64,000 nt of DNA, taken from the NCBI RefSeq assembly GCF_009914755.1, contig NC_060929.1; one strand, 5' to 3'. A program made the translations under genes and the position numbers. This document shows, in pieces, positions 1 to 12,519 of the stretch (within the stretch, counting starts at the first letter, position 1; each line of letters begins with the position of its first letter). Source of the DNA: the human T2T-CHM13v2.0 reference genome, Homo sapiens. The notes under the pieces were generated by a model that was not told the DNA's origin, ran no database searches, and saw only the letters and a list, made by a program, of their open reading frames with translations.

Positions 1-673
1 CCCCAAAATGTTCATACTATCCAAAGCAATCTACAGTTTTAATAAGTCACTATTTAAACATGCCAATGACATTCTTCATAGAAATAGAAGAAAAATCCTA
101 AAACATGTATAGAAAAAGAAAAGACCCCAAATAGACAAATCAATTATTGGAAAAAAGAAAAAAGTTAGAATCATCACACTGTCTGATTTCAAAATATATT
201 ACAAAGCTACTGTGATCAAAAGAGTATGGAACTGGTATAAAAACAGACACATCAACCAATGGAACAGAATAGAAAGCTCAGAAAAAAAATCCAAGTAATT
301 ACAGTCTATTGATTTTCAACAAAAGTTTCAGGAATACACAATGGAAAAAGAATACATAAATGGATGTTGAGACAACTGGATATCCACATGCAGAAAAATA
401 AAATTGGACCCTTAGCTTACAACATATAAAAATTCAACTCAAAATAGGTAAAATACTTCAGTGTAAGGCCCTAAAACTGTAAAGCTACTACAAGAAAACA
501 GTGGAAAAACTCCACAACTTGGGTTTCGGCAATGGTGTTTTTGAATAGGACTCCTAAAGGACAGCAACAAAAGCAAAATTAGACAAATGGGATTGCATCC
601 AAGTAAAAATATTCTGCACAACAAAAGAAACAACTAACAGACTGAGAGAAAACCCACAGATTGGGAGAAAATA
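1..673 (+). mobile_element. Old L1 (L1MA-like) ORF2 3' region, decayed; interrupted by MER2
   Basis: L1 ORF2 motifs (aaagcaatctacag, gaccccaaatagacaaatcaat, atatccacatgcagaaaaataaaattggaccc); ends gggagaaaaTA at the MER2 insertion site. Confidence 0.9.
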
Positions 674-762
674 CTGAAACTTCAGCATTTCCTCAGTTCC
701 GGGACCTACTGCTGATATCAAAATCCACTGATGCTCAAGTCTAATATATAAAATGGAATAAT
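674..762 (+). mobile_element. MER2 (TcMar-Tigger MITE) 5' part
   Basis: aaaatccactgatgctcaagtctaatatataaaatgg resembles MER2 consensus; preceded by TA. Confidence 0.75.
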
Positions 763-2196
763 ATTTAATTTTGTTTATGTGGTGTATCAAATCTATTGAT
801 TTGCGTATGTTAACCCATCCCTGCATTCCTGTTATGAAACCCACTTGATCATGGTGAATTATCTTTTTGATATGCTGTTGAATTCAGTAAGGTAATATTT
901 TGTTGAGGATTTTTGCATCTATGTTCATTAGGAATATTTGTGGTTTTCTTTTTTTGTTATGTACTTTTCTGATTTTGAATTAGGGTGATACTGACTTCAT
1001 GGAATGATTTAGGGAGCAATTCTTTATCTTTTGTAATATTTTAAATAGGATCAGTACCAATTCTTCATTAAGTGTCTGATAAAATTCTGCTGTGAGTCCA
1101 TCTGGTTCTAGACCTTTTTTTGTTGGAATTTTTTTTGGTTACCATTTCAATCTCACTGTTTGTTACTGGTCTGTACAAAGTTTCTATTTCTTCCTGGCTT
1201 AATCAAGGAAGGTGGTATATTTCCAGGAATTTATCCCTCTTCTCTAGGTTTTTTAGTTTATGCACATAAAGGTGTTCATGGTATCCTTAAATGATCTTCT
1301 GTATTTCTGTAGTATCAGACGTAATATCTTCCATTTTGTTTCTAATTGAACTTATTTCAATCCTCTCTCTTCTTTTCTTGGTTAATCTCACTAATAGTCG
1401 ATTAATTTTTATTATATTTTTGAAGAACCAGCTTTTTGTTTCATTCACATTTTGTATTTTTTTGTTTAAATTTTATTTAGTTCTGCTCTGGTCTTTGTTA
1501 TTCTTTTCTTCTACTTGGTTTCGGTTTGGTTTGTTCTTCTTTCTCTAATTTCTTGAAATGTGACACTAGATTATCTATTTGTGGTCTTTCAGACTTTTTG
1601 ATGTAGGCATTTAATGCTATGAACTTTCCTCTTAGCACTGCTTTTGCTGAATCCCAGAGGTTTTCATAGGTTGTGTCACAATTATCCATCAGTTAAAATA
1701 ATTTTTAAATTTCCATCTTGATTTCATTGTTGATCCATTGATCATTCAGTAGCAGGTTATTTAATTTCCATGTATTTGTATGGTTTTGAGGGTACCTTTG
1801 AGAGTTGATTTCCAATGTTATTCCACTGTGGTCTGAGAGAGTATTTGATAAAATTTACATTTCCTTACATTTATTGAGGCTTGTTTTGTGGCTTATCATA
1901 TTGTCTATCTTGGAGAATGTTCCTTGTGCTGATGAGTAGAATATATATTCTGCAGTTGTTGGGTACAATGTTCTGTAAATATCTGTTAAGTCCATTTGTT
2001 CTAGGGCATAATTTAAGTATATTGTTTCTTTGGTGATTTTCTGTCTTGATGACCTGTCTAGCGCTGTCAGTGGAGTACTGAAGTCCCCCACTAATATTGT
2101 GTTGCCGTTTATGTCATTTATACAGTCTAGTAATATTTGTTTTATAAATTTGAAAGGCCTAGCATTAAGTGCATATATGTTTAGGAGTGTGATTTT
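763..2196 (-). mobile_element. L1PB ORF2 (endonuclease to start of RT), inverted 5' segment
   Basis: Minus-strand ORFs 1855-2235 (ITLLNIYA..VGDFSTPLTALDRSSRQKI), 1498-1689 and 554-844 ([10 protein letters not shown]) are L1 ORF2p pieces. Confidence 0.92.
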
Positions 2197-2220
2197 TTTT
2201 TTTGTTTCACTAGAGTTTTT

Positions 2221-2737
2221 ATCCAGAAAAAGCATTTGACAAAATCCAGCATCCCTTTTTAATTAAAATCCTCAGTAAAACTGGCATAGAAGGGACACAC
2301 CTTAGGGTAATAAAAGCCATCTATGACAAAACTACAACTAACATTGTACTGAATTGGGAAAAGTTGCAAACATTTCCCCTGAGAACTGGAACCAAACAAA
2401 GATGCCCACTTTCACCACTTCTATTCAACATAGTACTGGAAGTCCTAGCCAGAGCAATCAGAGAAGAGCATGAAAGAAAAGGCATCCAAATGGATAAAGA
2501 AGGTGTCAAACAATCACTGTTTACCAATGATACAATCATATATCTACAAAACCCTAAAGACTCATCAAAGAAGCTCCTAGATCTGATGAATAAATTCAGT
2601 AAAGTTTCAGGATAGGAAACCAATTTACACAAATTATTAGCACTGCTATACACCAATAGCAACCAAGCTGAGAAAAAAAAAATCAAGAACTCAACCTCTT
2701 TTACAACAGCTGCAAATAATAATAATAAAATACTTAG
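2221..2737 (+). mobile_element. L1PB ORF2 RT region
   Basis: ORF 2364-2615 [30 protein letters not shown] = L1 RT. Confidence 0.92.
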
Positions 2738-4194
2738 TAATATGGTTTGGCTGTGTCCCCACCCAAATCTTACCTTGAATTGTAATAATCCCCATGTGTC
2801 AAGGGGGCCAGGTAGAGACAACTGAATGGGGGTAGTTTTTCCCATACTGTTGTCATGGTAGTGCATAAGACTCATGAGATCTGATGGTTTTATACTTAGG
2901 AGTTCCCCCACACAAGCTTCTTGCCTGCCACCATGTAAGATATGCCTTTTGCCTTCTGTCATGATTGTGAGTCCTCTCCAATCATGCAAAACTGTGAGTC
3001 CATTAAGCCTCTTGTTCTTTATAAATTACCCAGGATCAGGTATGTTTTTATCAGCAGGATGAAAACAGACAAATACAGTAAATTGGTACTGGGAGTGGGG
3101 TGCTACTTTAAAGATACCTGAAAATGTGGAAGCAACTTTGGAACTGGGTAACAGGTAGAGGTTGGAAGAGTTTGGAGGGCTGAGAAGACGATGGAAAAAT
3201 GTGGGAAAGTTTGGAACTTTCTAGAGACATGGAGTACTCACAAGACAGGAAGATGTGGAGAAGTTTAGAACTTCCTAGAGATTTGTTAAATGGCTGTAAC
3301 CAAAATGCTGATAGTAATATGGGCAATAAAATCCAGATTGAGGTGGTCTCAGATAGAGATGAGGAGGTTGTTGGGAACAGGAGTAAGGTCACTCTTGCTA
3401 TGCAAAGAGACTGGCAGCATTTTGCCACTGCCCTAGAGATCCGTGGAACTTTGAACGTGAGAGAGATGATTTGGGTATCTGACAGAACAAATGTCTAAGC
3501 AGCAAAGCATTCAAAAGGTGACTTGGGTGCTGTCAAAAGTATTCAGTTTTGAAAGGGGAAAGAGTACAAAAGTCCAGAAAATTTATAGCCTGACTATGAG
3601 ACAGAAAAGAAAAACCCATTTTCTGACAACAAATTCAAGCCTGCTGCAGAAATTTGTATATGTTGATAAGAAGCCAAATGTCAACTCCTAAGACAATGGG
3701 GAAAATGTCTCCAGGGCCTCTCAGAGATCTTTGTGGCAGCCCCTCCCACAACAGGCCCAGAGGCCTAGGAGGAAAAAATGGTTTTGTGAGCCTGGCCCAG
3801 GGTCTCCCTTCTGTTTGCAGCCTAGGGACTTGGTGCCCTGCATCCCTCCCACTTTACCCATGGATATAAGTGACCAAGGTACAGCACAGGCTGTGGCATC
3901 ATGGGGTGCAAGCTCCAAGCCTTGGAAGCTTCCATATGGTGTTGAGCTATATAGGTGCACAGAAGTCAAGAATTGATGTTTGGGAAGCCTCACCTAGATT
4001 TCAGAGGATGTTTGGAAATGCCTGGATGTCCAGGTAGAAGTTTGCTGCAGAGGCATGACCCTCATGGACAACCTCTGCTAGGGAAGTGCAGAAGGGAAAT
4101 GTGGGATTGAAGCCCCCACATAGATTGCCCTACTGGGTCACTTCCTAGTGGAGCTGTGATAAGATGGTCACTACCCTACAGAACCCAGAATGGT
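2738..4194 (+). mobile_element. THE1 (THE1C-like) MaLR: 5' LTR 2738-3077 plus internal region, 3'-truncated
   Basis: LTR start taatatggtttggctgtgtccccacccaaatc, end aaataca; internal begins gtaaattggtact; no 3' LTR. Confidence 0.9.
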
Positions 4195-4490
4195 TGGAGA
4201 CCATTATTCTGAGTGTTTAGTTAGGTAACTCAGGAATAAAAAACTAAACATCGTATCTTCTCACTTATAAGTGGGAACTAAGCTATGAGTATACAAAGGC
4301 ACGAGAATGATATAATGGACTCTGGGGACTCCAGAGAGGGCAGGCTAGGGGAGTGAGGGATAAAAGACTACACACTGGGTACAATGTACACTGTTCAGGT
4401 GATGGGTGCACCAAACTCTCAGAAATTAGCACTAAAGAACTTCCTATGTAACAAAAACCCACCTGTTCCCCCAAAACTATTGAAAAAATA
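4195..4490 (+). mobile_element. L1PB1-like 3' UTR and short A tail
   Basis: ggtgatgggtgcaccaaactctcagaaatt..cacctgttcccccaaaactattgaaa. Confidence 0.88.
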
Positions 4491-4499
4491 ATTTAATGC

Positions 4500-4830
4500 C
4501 TGCTCTTTGAAAATAGACTTAGGAAAATGAAAACCAAAAAACCCAACCATATACAGAGGGACAATATTTTTAAAACATATTCCTGATGAAGAAATGTTCC
4601 AAATTGCAAACAAAACAGACAAAAGAGCAAAAACAAAACTGAAAATTAAACATTGGTATAGGTAATAAACAAAAAGTCATTTAACATAATTATTCATTAG
4701 GGAAATGTAGATTACCACATGAAATATTGCTGCACAATTCTAAGAGCAAATCTAATACCCTCCCAATGGCAAAATTAAACGCTGGAAAACATATGAAGAA
4801 ACTGATATTGTAATAGTTTGCTGACCATTT
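4500..4830 (+). mobile_element. Old L1M ORF2 3' fragment
   Basis: tgctctttgaaaa..aggaaaatgaaaa..cattagggaaatgtagatt; highly diverged. Confidence 0.65.
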
Positions 4831-5384
4831 TGAGGTTCTGTAATTACTCTCGTTTCCCAGAGTAATAATATTAACACCAATTGGAAATGTTTTTCAAAAC
4901 AATGACTTTACATTCTATCTCATATGTGTTGAGTAAAATATGTTTGAAGTTAAAATGATGCCAATATTAATGGATTTTGCTACAAAATTAGATATATTTC
5001 TATTTTTATTCTTGGAGGAAACTGGCTCATTAGTTTATAATTCTTTTTTTTTTTTTGCCTGAGCAAAAAGTTCACAAAATTTAAAATTCACAAAATATAA
5101 AGGAGTATACAATGAAATGTGATTTTATTATGGCTCTGTTTTATGAGTATAATCTGTTTACTCAGACAGTACTGCTAAGAATATTTAGGTTGGCTCCCAC
5201 ATTTTGCTGTCACAAGCAGTACTTTATTGAGAATAGTTGCAATATATCATTTTATTAATACACGTGTGCAAGAATTTTGACAGAATGCTTCACATATAGA
5301 ATTTGATATATCAAAGTACATATGCAATTATACTTCCAAAACATATTTCCGAATTACCTTCCAATTAACATTCTCTTTTTCTCA

Positions 5385-6400
5385 CTTGACAAAAAATAAT
5401 TTTGTACATTTATGGGATACAACATGATGTTTTGATCTATACGTACATTTAGAAACATTAAATCAAGATAATTGGCAATTTCATCAGTTCACCAATTTAT
5501 CTTTCTTTGTGATGAGAATGTTAAAAATCTATTTTAGGAATTTTGAATTATACAATACATTATTATTAACTGTGGCCACCATTCCATGAAATAAATCACT
5601 AAAATTTATTCTTCCAGTCAAACTGAATCTTTCCACCATTTAAACAACATCTTCACTTTTGCTATTCCTCTCACTGTTCCCAACTGCATGTAACCATCTT
5701 TCTATTCTGTTTCAATGAGATCAACTGTTTTACATTCCACATAAGTGACATCATACAGAATGCGTTTTTCTGTGCCTGGCTTGTTTCGCTTGCATAATGT
5801 CCTCCAGTTACATTCATATTGTCACAAATGACAGAATTTCCTTCTTTTTAAAGGCTGAGTAGTATTCTTATGCATACATGCCACATTTCGTTATTCTTTC
5901 ATCTATTAATGGACTTACTTCCATATCTTGGCTAGTGCTGCTGAAATGGACATGGGATTTGAAGACCTCTCTTTGACATACTGATTTCATTTCAAATATA
6001 TACCCAGAAGTGGAATTGTTTGATCATACGGTAATTCAATTGTAATTTTTTTAAGGAACCTTCTTACTATTTTCCAAGGTGGCTGTACTGATTTACATTA
6101 TCACTGTACAAGTGTTCCCTTTTCTCCACATCCTCACCTACACAATCTATTTTTGACAATAGCCATTTTAACAGGTGTGAGATGATATTTCATTGTGATT
6201 TTAATTTGTATTTCCCTGATTATTAGAAATGTTGACCATCTTTTTATGTATCTGTTGGCCATTAGTATCTCTTCTGTTAAGAAATGTCTATTCAGATCCT
6301 TTGTCTATTTCTAAATTGTGTTGTTTGTTTTATTGTTATTGAGTTATTTTCCTTCTGTATTTTAGATATTAGGCCCTTATCAGATGTACAGTTTGTAATA
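5385..6400 (-). mobile_element. L1MA-like ORF2 end and 3' UTR (continuation of 1-673, now inverted)
   Basis: Reverse strand from 6400 reads TAttacaaactgtacatctgataaggg, the L1 sequence that follows gggagaaaaTA; L1MA-type 3' end near 5390. Confidence 0.85.
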
Positions 6401-6641
6401 CAGTTGGCCCTTTGTATTTGTGCGTTTTGCATCTGCAGATTCAACCAATCGTGAATCAAAAATATTTGAAAAGAAACAATAAAAATAAAAATACAACAAC
6501 AAATGATATAAATAAATATAAAGCATACAAATTGCAACCTAGTATTTACATTGTATTAAGTATTTTTAGTAATCTAAAGATGATGTAAGGTATACAGAAG
6601 AATGTGCTGCATAGGTTATAGGCAAGTATGGACTATGCCAT
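6401..6641 (-). mobile_element. MER2 3' part
   Basis: TA + terminal repeat cagttggccc; gattcaaccaatc; tttacattgtattaagtatt..aatctaaagatgat. Confidence 0.82.
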
Positions 6642-8630
6642 CTTTTTTATTTTTAGGGATTTTTTTTATTTCAATAGGTTTTTGGGGAAGAGGTGGTGTT
6701 TGGTTACACAGATAAGTTTTCAGTGGGGATTTCTGAGATTTTGGTGTACACCCAGTGTACACTGTACCCAATGTTTAGACTTTTATCCCTCACACCCCCA
6801 CCCTTCTTTCCAAGTCACCAAAGTCCATTGTATTATTCTTATGTGTTTGTGTCCTTTTAGCTTAGCTACCAATTATAATTGAGAACATATGATGTTTAGT
6901 TTTCCATTCCTGAGTCACTTCACTCAAAATAATGGTCTCTAACTCTATTCAGGTTGCTGTGAATGCCATTATTTTGTTCCTTTTTATGGCTGAGTAGTAT
7001 TCATGGTATATGTGTGCCAAATTTCCTTTATCTGCTCATTGGTTAATGAGAATTTAGGCTGGTTTTATATTTTTGCAATTGCAAATTGTGCTGCTATAAA
7101 CATGCCTGTGCAAGTGTTTTTTTTATATAATTACTTATTTTCCTCTAGGTAGATATCCAGGAGTGGGATTGCTGGATCAAATGATAGCTCTACTTTTAGT
7201 TCTTTAAGGAATTTCCATACTGTTTTTCATAGTGGTTGTACTAGTTTACATTCCCACCCGCAGTGTAAAAGTGTTCCCTTTTAACCATATCCACACCAAC
7301 ATCTATTAATTTTTTATTTTTAAATTCTGGCCATTCTTGCAGTGGTAAGGTGGTATTGCATTGTGGTTTTGATTTGCATTTCCCTGACCATTAGAGATGT
7401 TAAACGCTTTTGTATATGTTTGCCATTTTTATATCTTCCTTTGAAAATTGTCTATTCATGTCCTTAGCCAGTTTTTGATGGGATTATTTGGGTTTCTTTT
7501 CTTGCTGATTTGTTTGATTTTCTTGTAGATTCTGGATATTAGTCCCTTATTGGATGCATAGTTTGTGAAGATTTTCCCCCACTCTGGGGGTTGACTGTTT
7601 ACTTTGTTGATTATTTTATTTTCTGGGCAGAAGATTTTTAGTTTAATTACTTCTCATCTCTTTATTTTTGTTTTTGTTGTATTTGCATTTGGGTTAATGG
7701 TCATGAATTCTTTGCCTAAGCCAATGTCTAGAAGAGTTTTTCCAATGTTATCTTTTAGAATTTTTATAGTTTCAAGTCTTAGATTTAAGTATTTGAACCA
7801 TCTTCAGTTGATTTTTTTTAATAAGGTGAGAAATGAGGATCTAGTTTCACTCTCCTGCATGTGGCTTGCCAATTATCCCAGCATCATTTGTTGAATAAGG
7901 TGTCCTTTCCCCACTGTTTTTGTTTGGTTTGTTGAAAATCAGTTTTCTGTAGGTATTTGGCTTTATTTCTGGGTTCTCTATTCTGATCCATTGGTCTATC
8001 CTATTTTCATGCCAGTATCATGCTGTTTTGGTTACTATAGCCTTATAGTATAGTTTGAAGTCAGGTAATGTGATGCCTTCAGATTTGTCATTTGTGCTTA
8101 GTTTGATTTGGCTATACAGTCTTTTTTGGTTCCGTATAAATATTAGGATTGTTTTTTTTTTCTAGTTGTCAAGAATGATGATGGCTCTTTGATAAGAATT
8201 GCATTGAATCCATAGATTGCTTTTGGCAGTATGGTCACTTTGACAATATTGATTCTACCTATCCATGAGCATGGGTTATGTTTCCATTTGTTTGTGTCGC
8301 TGATGATTGTGTTTTCTAGTTTCCCTTGTAGAGACCTTTCACCTCCTTTGTTAGGTATATTTATAAGTATTTTATTTTTATTTTGCAGCTGTTGTAAAGG
8401 GGATTTGTTCTTGATATTTTTCTCAGCTTAGTCGTTTTTGGTGTATAGCAGTGCTACTGATTTGTGTAAATTGATTTTGTATCCTGAAACTTTACTTAAT
8501 TCACTTATCAGATCTAGGAGATTTTTTGATGAATATTTAGGGTTTTCTAGGTATATGATTATATCATTGGCAAACAGAGGCAGTTTGATTTCCTCTTTAC
8601 CAACTTGGATGCCTTTTATTTATTTCTTTT
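6642..8630 (-). mobile_element. L1PB1-like, 5'-truncated (RT end to poly-A)
   Basis: T-rich tail then tttcaataggtttttggggaagaggtggtgtttggttac; continuous antisense ORF2. Confidence 0.92.
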
Positions 8631-8830
8631 GTGGGCATTTTTAAATTTTGGTGATACCTATTTTTTTGCTTTTGTGATCCATCCATATTACATTGTATTT
8701 AAGGATTCTTTGGTTGACTCTAAGTCATCAACATGGTTTTTCTATTTTATTCCAGAAATTTTGAAGTTTTAGGTTCTACATTTAGATCTCTAATTCACTT
8801 TGAGTACATTTTTATGTGGTATAAGGCATG
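8631..8830 (-). mobile_element. Old L1M ORF2 fragment (upstream partner of 4500-4830)
   Basis: Reverse strand ctcaaagtgaattagagatctaaatgtagaacctaaaact. Confidence 0.7.
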
Positions 8831-9705
8831 AATAACCATTGACAGTTTAGCCATAAATCTTTGCATGCTATTTTGTAGTGATTCTTCTTGGGATTACAAA
8901 ATACATCCTTGATTCTTCACAGACTACTTAGAGTTCATTTTGTAGCCCTTCCTATAGAACCAGCCTAGAAACACCAAGATTTCATTTTGGCATGCATGAA
9001 TTTTTATGCTATAATTGATATATATGCATTATATATTCATATCATATTAAATTCAAATACAATGTCATAGTTTTGTATAGTCATGTGTTTTAAAAAAATA
9101 AAAAAGATTACTTTTCTGTGTATCATATTTTCCTATTGCCAGTGTTATTCATGCCTTCCTGAAAATTTAGGTTTTTTAACTACCTTTACTTTACTTCAGC
9201 CTGATGGAATTACTTTTAACATTTCTTGGAGAAGATTTGTTCTGCTGACAATGTTTGCATTGTTTTTAATGTGCTATTAGCTGCCTTTCATATCTTCATT
9301 CCTCTGTATGTAATGTGTCATCTTATTTCTTTTTACTTTCTAGTGTTTCATTTTATCTTTGGTTTACGTGAATTTAACTATTTTGTGCCCAAGGTGATGA
9401 ATTTATTTTATTTATCCTGCTTAAGGGCTGTTTAGTGTATTATCGCCTTCGTCTGTGCATTACTTAAATGATGATATTCTCAGAACTCTGCATGGACTCT
9501 ATTTTCATCTCATTTTCAGAGGAAATTCATCCTTTCAAAATAGCAAGTTACCATCTGTGTGTTGATAATTCCAACATCATTAACATTAGCTGACATACCT
9601 CTCTTCTTTTTTATGACTGTATGTTCAGATATTTTTTTCCACAGTCTTTATCAGGCATCTCCTTTGTGGCCAGCACTTTTCCAGGACACGTGTATAAAAT
9701 CTTTG

Positions 9706-10535
9706 AAAACAGATTGAAGAACATAAACAGACACTTCTCAATAGAAGACGTACTAGCAGCCAGCAAATATGTTCAAAAATGCTCATTATCACTAATCATT
9801 AAAGAAATGCAAATCAAAACTATGAGATACCATCTGGCACCAGTCAGGTGGCTTTTGTTGAAAAGTCAAAAAATAACAAATGTTGGCGAGGCTGCAGAGA
9901 AAAGGGAATCCTTATACGGTGTTGGTGGAAATATAAATTGTTCCAGCCACTGTGGAAAGCAGTTTGGAAAATTCTCAAAGACTAAGAGTTGAACTACTAT
10001 TTGACTCAGCAAACACATTACTGGGTACATACCCAAAGGAAAATAAATCATTCTACCAAAAGCATATGCACCCATATGGTCATCATACCACTATTTATAA
10101 TAGCGAAAACATGGAACTAACCAAGCTGCTCATCAGTGGTGGACTGGATAAAGAAAATGTGGCACATATACATAATGGAATACTATGCAGTAATAAAAAA
10201 AATGAAATTATCTCCTTCGCAACAACATGGGTGCAGCTGGAGACCAACTTCCTATATGAACTAGTGCAAAAACAGAAAACCAAATATCACATTACTTTCG
10301 CTTGTAAGTGGGCACTAAACATTGAGTACACATGGAAATAAAGATGGAAACAACAGATACTTGGGACTAATAGAATGGGGAGAGGGAGGAGAGAAAAGGC
10401 TGTAAACTACCTATTGGTTATTATGCTTACTACCTGGGTGACAGGTTCAATCAGATCCCAAACTTAAGCATCACACTATATCCCTTTGTAACAAATCTGC
10501 ACATGTACCACCTGATTCTAAAATAGAAGTTGGAT
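9706..10535 (+). mobile_element. L1 3' end (old L1PA/L1PB4-like)
   Basis: ORF2 C-terminal peptides (MQIKTMRYHLAPVR; LLGTYPKE); 3' UTR aaactacctattgg..tgtaacaaatctgcacatgtacc. Confidence 0.88.
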
Positions 10536-10826
10536 AAAGGAATGAACACCAGATTCTACTTAATGGGGTTCACATCACAGTTGGAGAGAGATAACACAAA
10601 CAAACAAATACAAGCATAACTGATGAGATTAACTAGTGAGCATAATGAAAACAAAAAGGAAATTATCCCAGAGATTTATGGAAATGAAGGGTTTTAGCTA
10701 AAATAGCCTGAGAAGGCTTTCTGCAGAGTCAACATTTAAAATGAAACCCAAATTCACATCTCTTCACGGAACTCCCCCTCTTAGGTATCAGATTGCCTAT
10801 TTAAGAGATCCACTTAGATGTCTAAC

Positions 10827-11522
10827 TGTTACAGCAGGTAGGTAGTCAGACATAAGCAAGGCAAAAGAGTCCTCCATCTCCCACCCCACCAGGAATGTAA
10901 GGAGACCATCAGGTGATGGTCAGTCGGTTGTTAAACTATCTGTCTAGAATAATAATTGGTCACAACTGGTGCCAGGGAAAGGAAGTCGCCCAAAAGATTA
11001 AAAAAAAAAAAAGAAACCTAAAACTGATGATCAGCAGCTCCTGATAAGATCTCAGGAGTTAGGTGAGTGGGCTCAAGCATGTGCACTAAGAGGTGAAATG
11101 GCAGAGTTTAACTGGTGACACTCAACTGATAAAAGAAAACATCTCAAGTAAGCACGCATACAACTTCAGCAAACACATTGGGCATGCAGCCCCTCCCGTG
11201 TGCTGGTAGGCCACTGCACATGCAGACAGCCCACCCCAGGGAAAGAATCAGGGGAGAAGAGATGCAACTTCCTGGAAACATGCCAGCATATAAAACCCCA
11301 AGTCAAATGTCAAACCGCACATGAATCTCTCAAGTCACCCTCTTGGCCCTCTTCCAAGTGTACTTCCCTCCATTTCTTCTCTAAAACTTTTTAATAAACT
11401 TCCACTCTTTAAAACTTGCATCAGTCTCTCACTCTGCCATATGCCCTGCAGTCAAATTCTCTCTTCTGAGGAGGCAAGAATTGAGGTTACTGCAGACCCA
11501 TACAGACTCACTGCTGCTAATA
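10827..11522 (+). mobile_element. ERV1 solo LTR, MER50-like, within L2-like DNA
   Basis: Starts tgttacag; accatcaggtgatggtcag; TATA (tataaaa) and aataaa; ends gaggaggcaagaattgaggttactgcagaccc. Confidence 0.8.
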
Positions 11523-11759
11523 TACCTATTGGATACTTAGACTTTCAATACTAACTTTCTGATTTTTACCTAAATATGTTTCTTCTACAGTCTTCCCCAG
11601 GGTCAAGGCCATCTTTTCATTTTCTCTGGCCACTGAAAGAATTAGTGACCCTGTCAGATCTTGCTTTTATATGTTAGGTGAGATTAGGGAATTTTTGGTC
11701 TAAGTCCCAGCTTCGAGTAGTTGCTCCACCTTTATGTGCTCCCCAGTACTCTATGGAAT

Positions 11760-12110
11760 AGGTCCTTTAAAGAACTTCAGATTCATCTCTTTCTGCAGTT
11801 CCCTTCCCTCTAGGCCTCTAGAGTTTTGCAAACTCTAGCTATCTTGGTCTCCCTAGATTCTCAGTTGTCTCTTCAACTAAGGAAATCTGCTAGGTTCTGT
11901 CCACCTTCCCTCTCTCCACGCTCTGTCTTGGAAACTCAAAGGCAGTAAATTGGAGTGATTTGTAGTTTTTACTTCATTTGTTTTCTGTCTCTTGTGATCC
12001 GTCCGTCTCCTTTGCTGCTTCTTGAAATCCATTATTAAATATATTTCTGCATTTTTTTACACTTTTGGGAAAATAATATATCCTATTCTTACTATTACAT
12101 CTTGGCTGGA
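11760..12110 (-). mobile_element. Ancient L1M 5'-end fragment
   Basis: caaactctagctatcttggtctccc..ggcagtaaattgg..catcttggctgga resembles L1ME-type 5' ends. Confidence 0.5.
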
Positions 12111-12519
12111 GGTGAAGCTTCAATTTGCATATTAATAGAATTCAAGATACTGACCAGCAGGGAAGTACCCCTCAGGGAAGATCAAGAGCAGCTCTTTCCT
12201 GCAGCAACCAAGCACAGATCATGCTCAGGGCTGTTCCTCAGGCATGTGGATGGCAGCATCCACTTAGCTTTCAGACAACTCTTCAAAGCAATAGCAGCTT
12301 GCTTCAAAAACCTCAGGGGGATGATGAGAATGTTAAGGGGGAACAAGAACATGATCACACAGGACTTACTCAGAAAGATTTTACTGCATTGCCTTTGTAA
12401 TCATATTCTAGTTTGATCATAATCAAATGTAAAAATAGAAGCAGATTTAATTAGTGTGACGAGTTGGATATAGGAAAGCAAGAGTTCTATGTCTGAATCA
12501 TATTTTCTTTCTTACTAGA

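Noticed and set aside
2321-2989. 222-aa minus-strand ORF
   Set aside because: Antisense read across the THE1 LTR and L1 RT; repeat-derived.
3185-3285. Direct repeat of gaagatgtgggaaagtttggaacttcctagaga-like unit
   Set aside because: As I recall, a standard feature of THE1 internal consensus.
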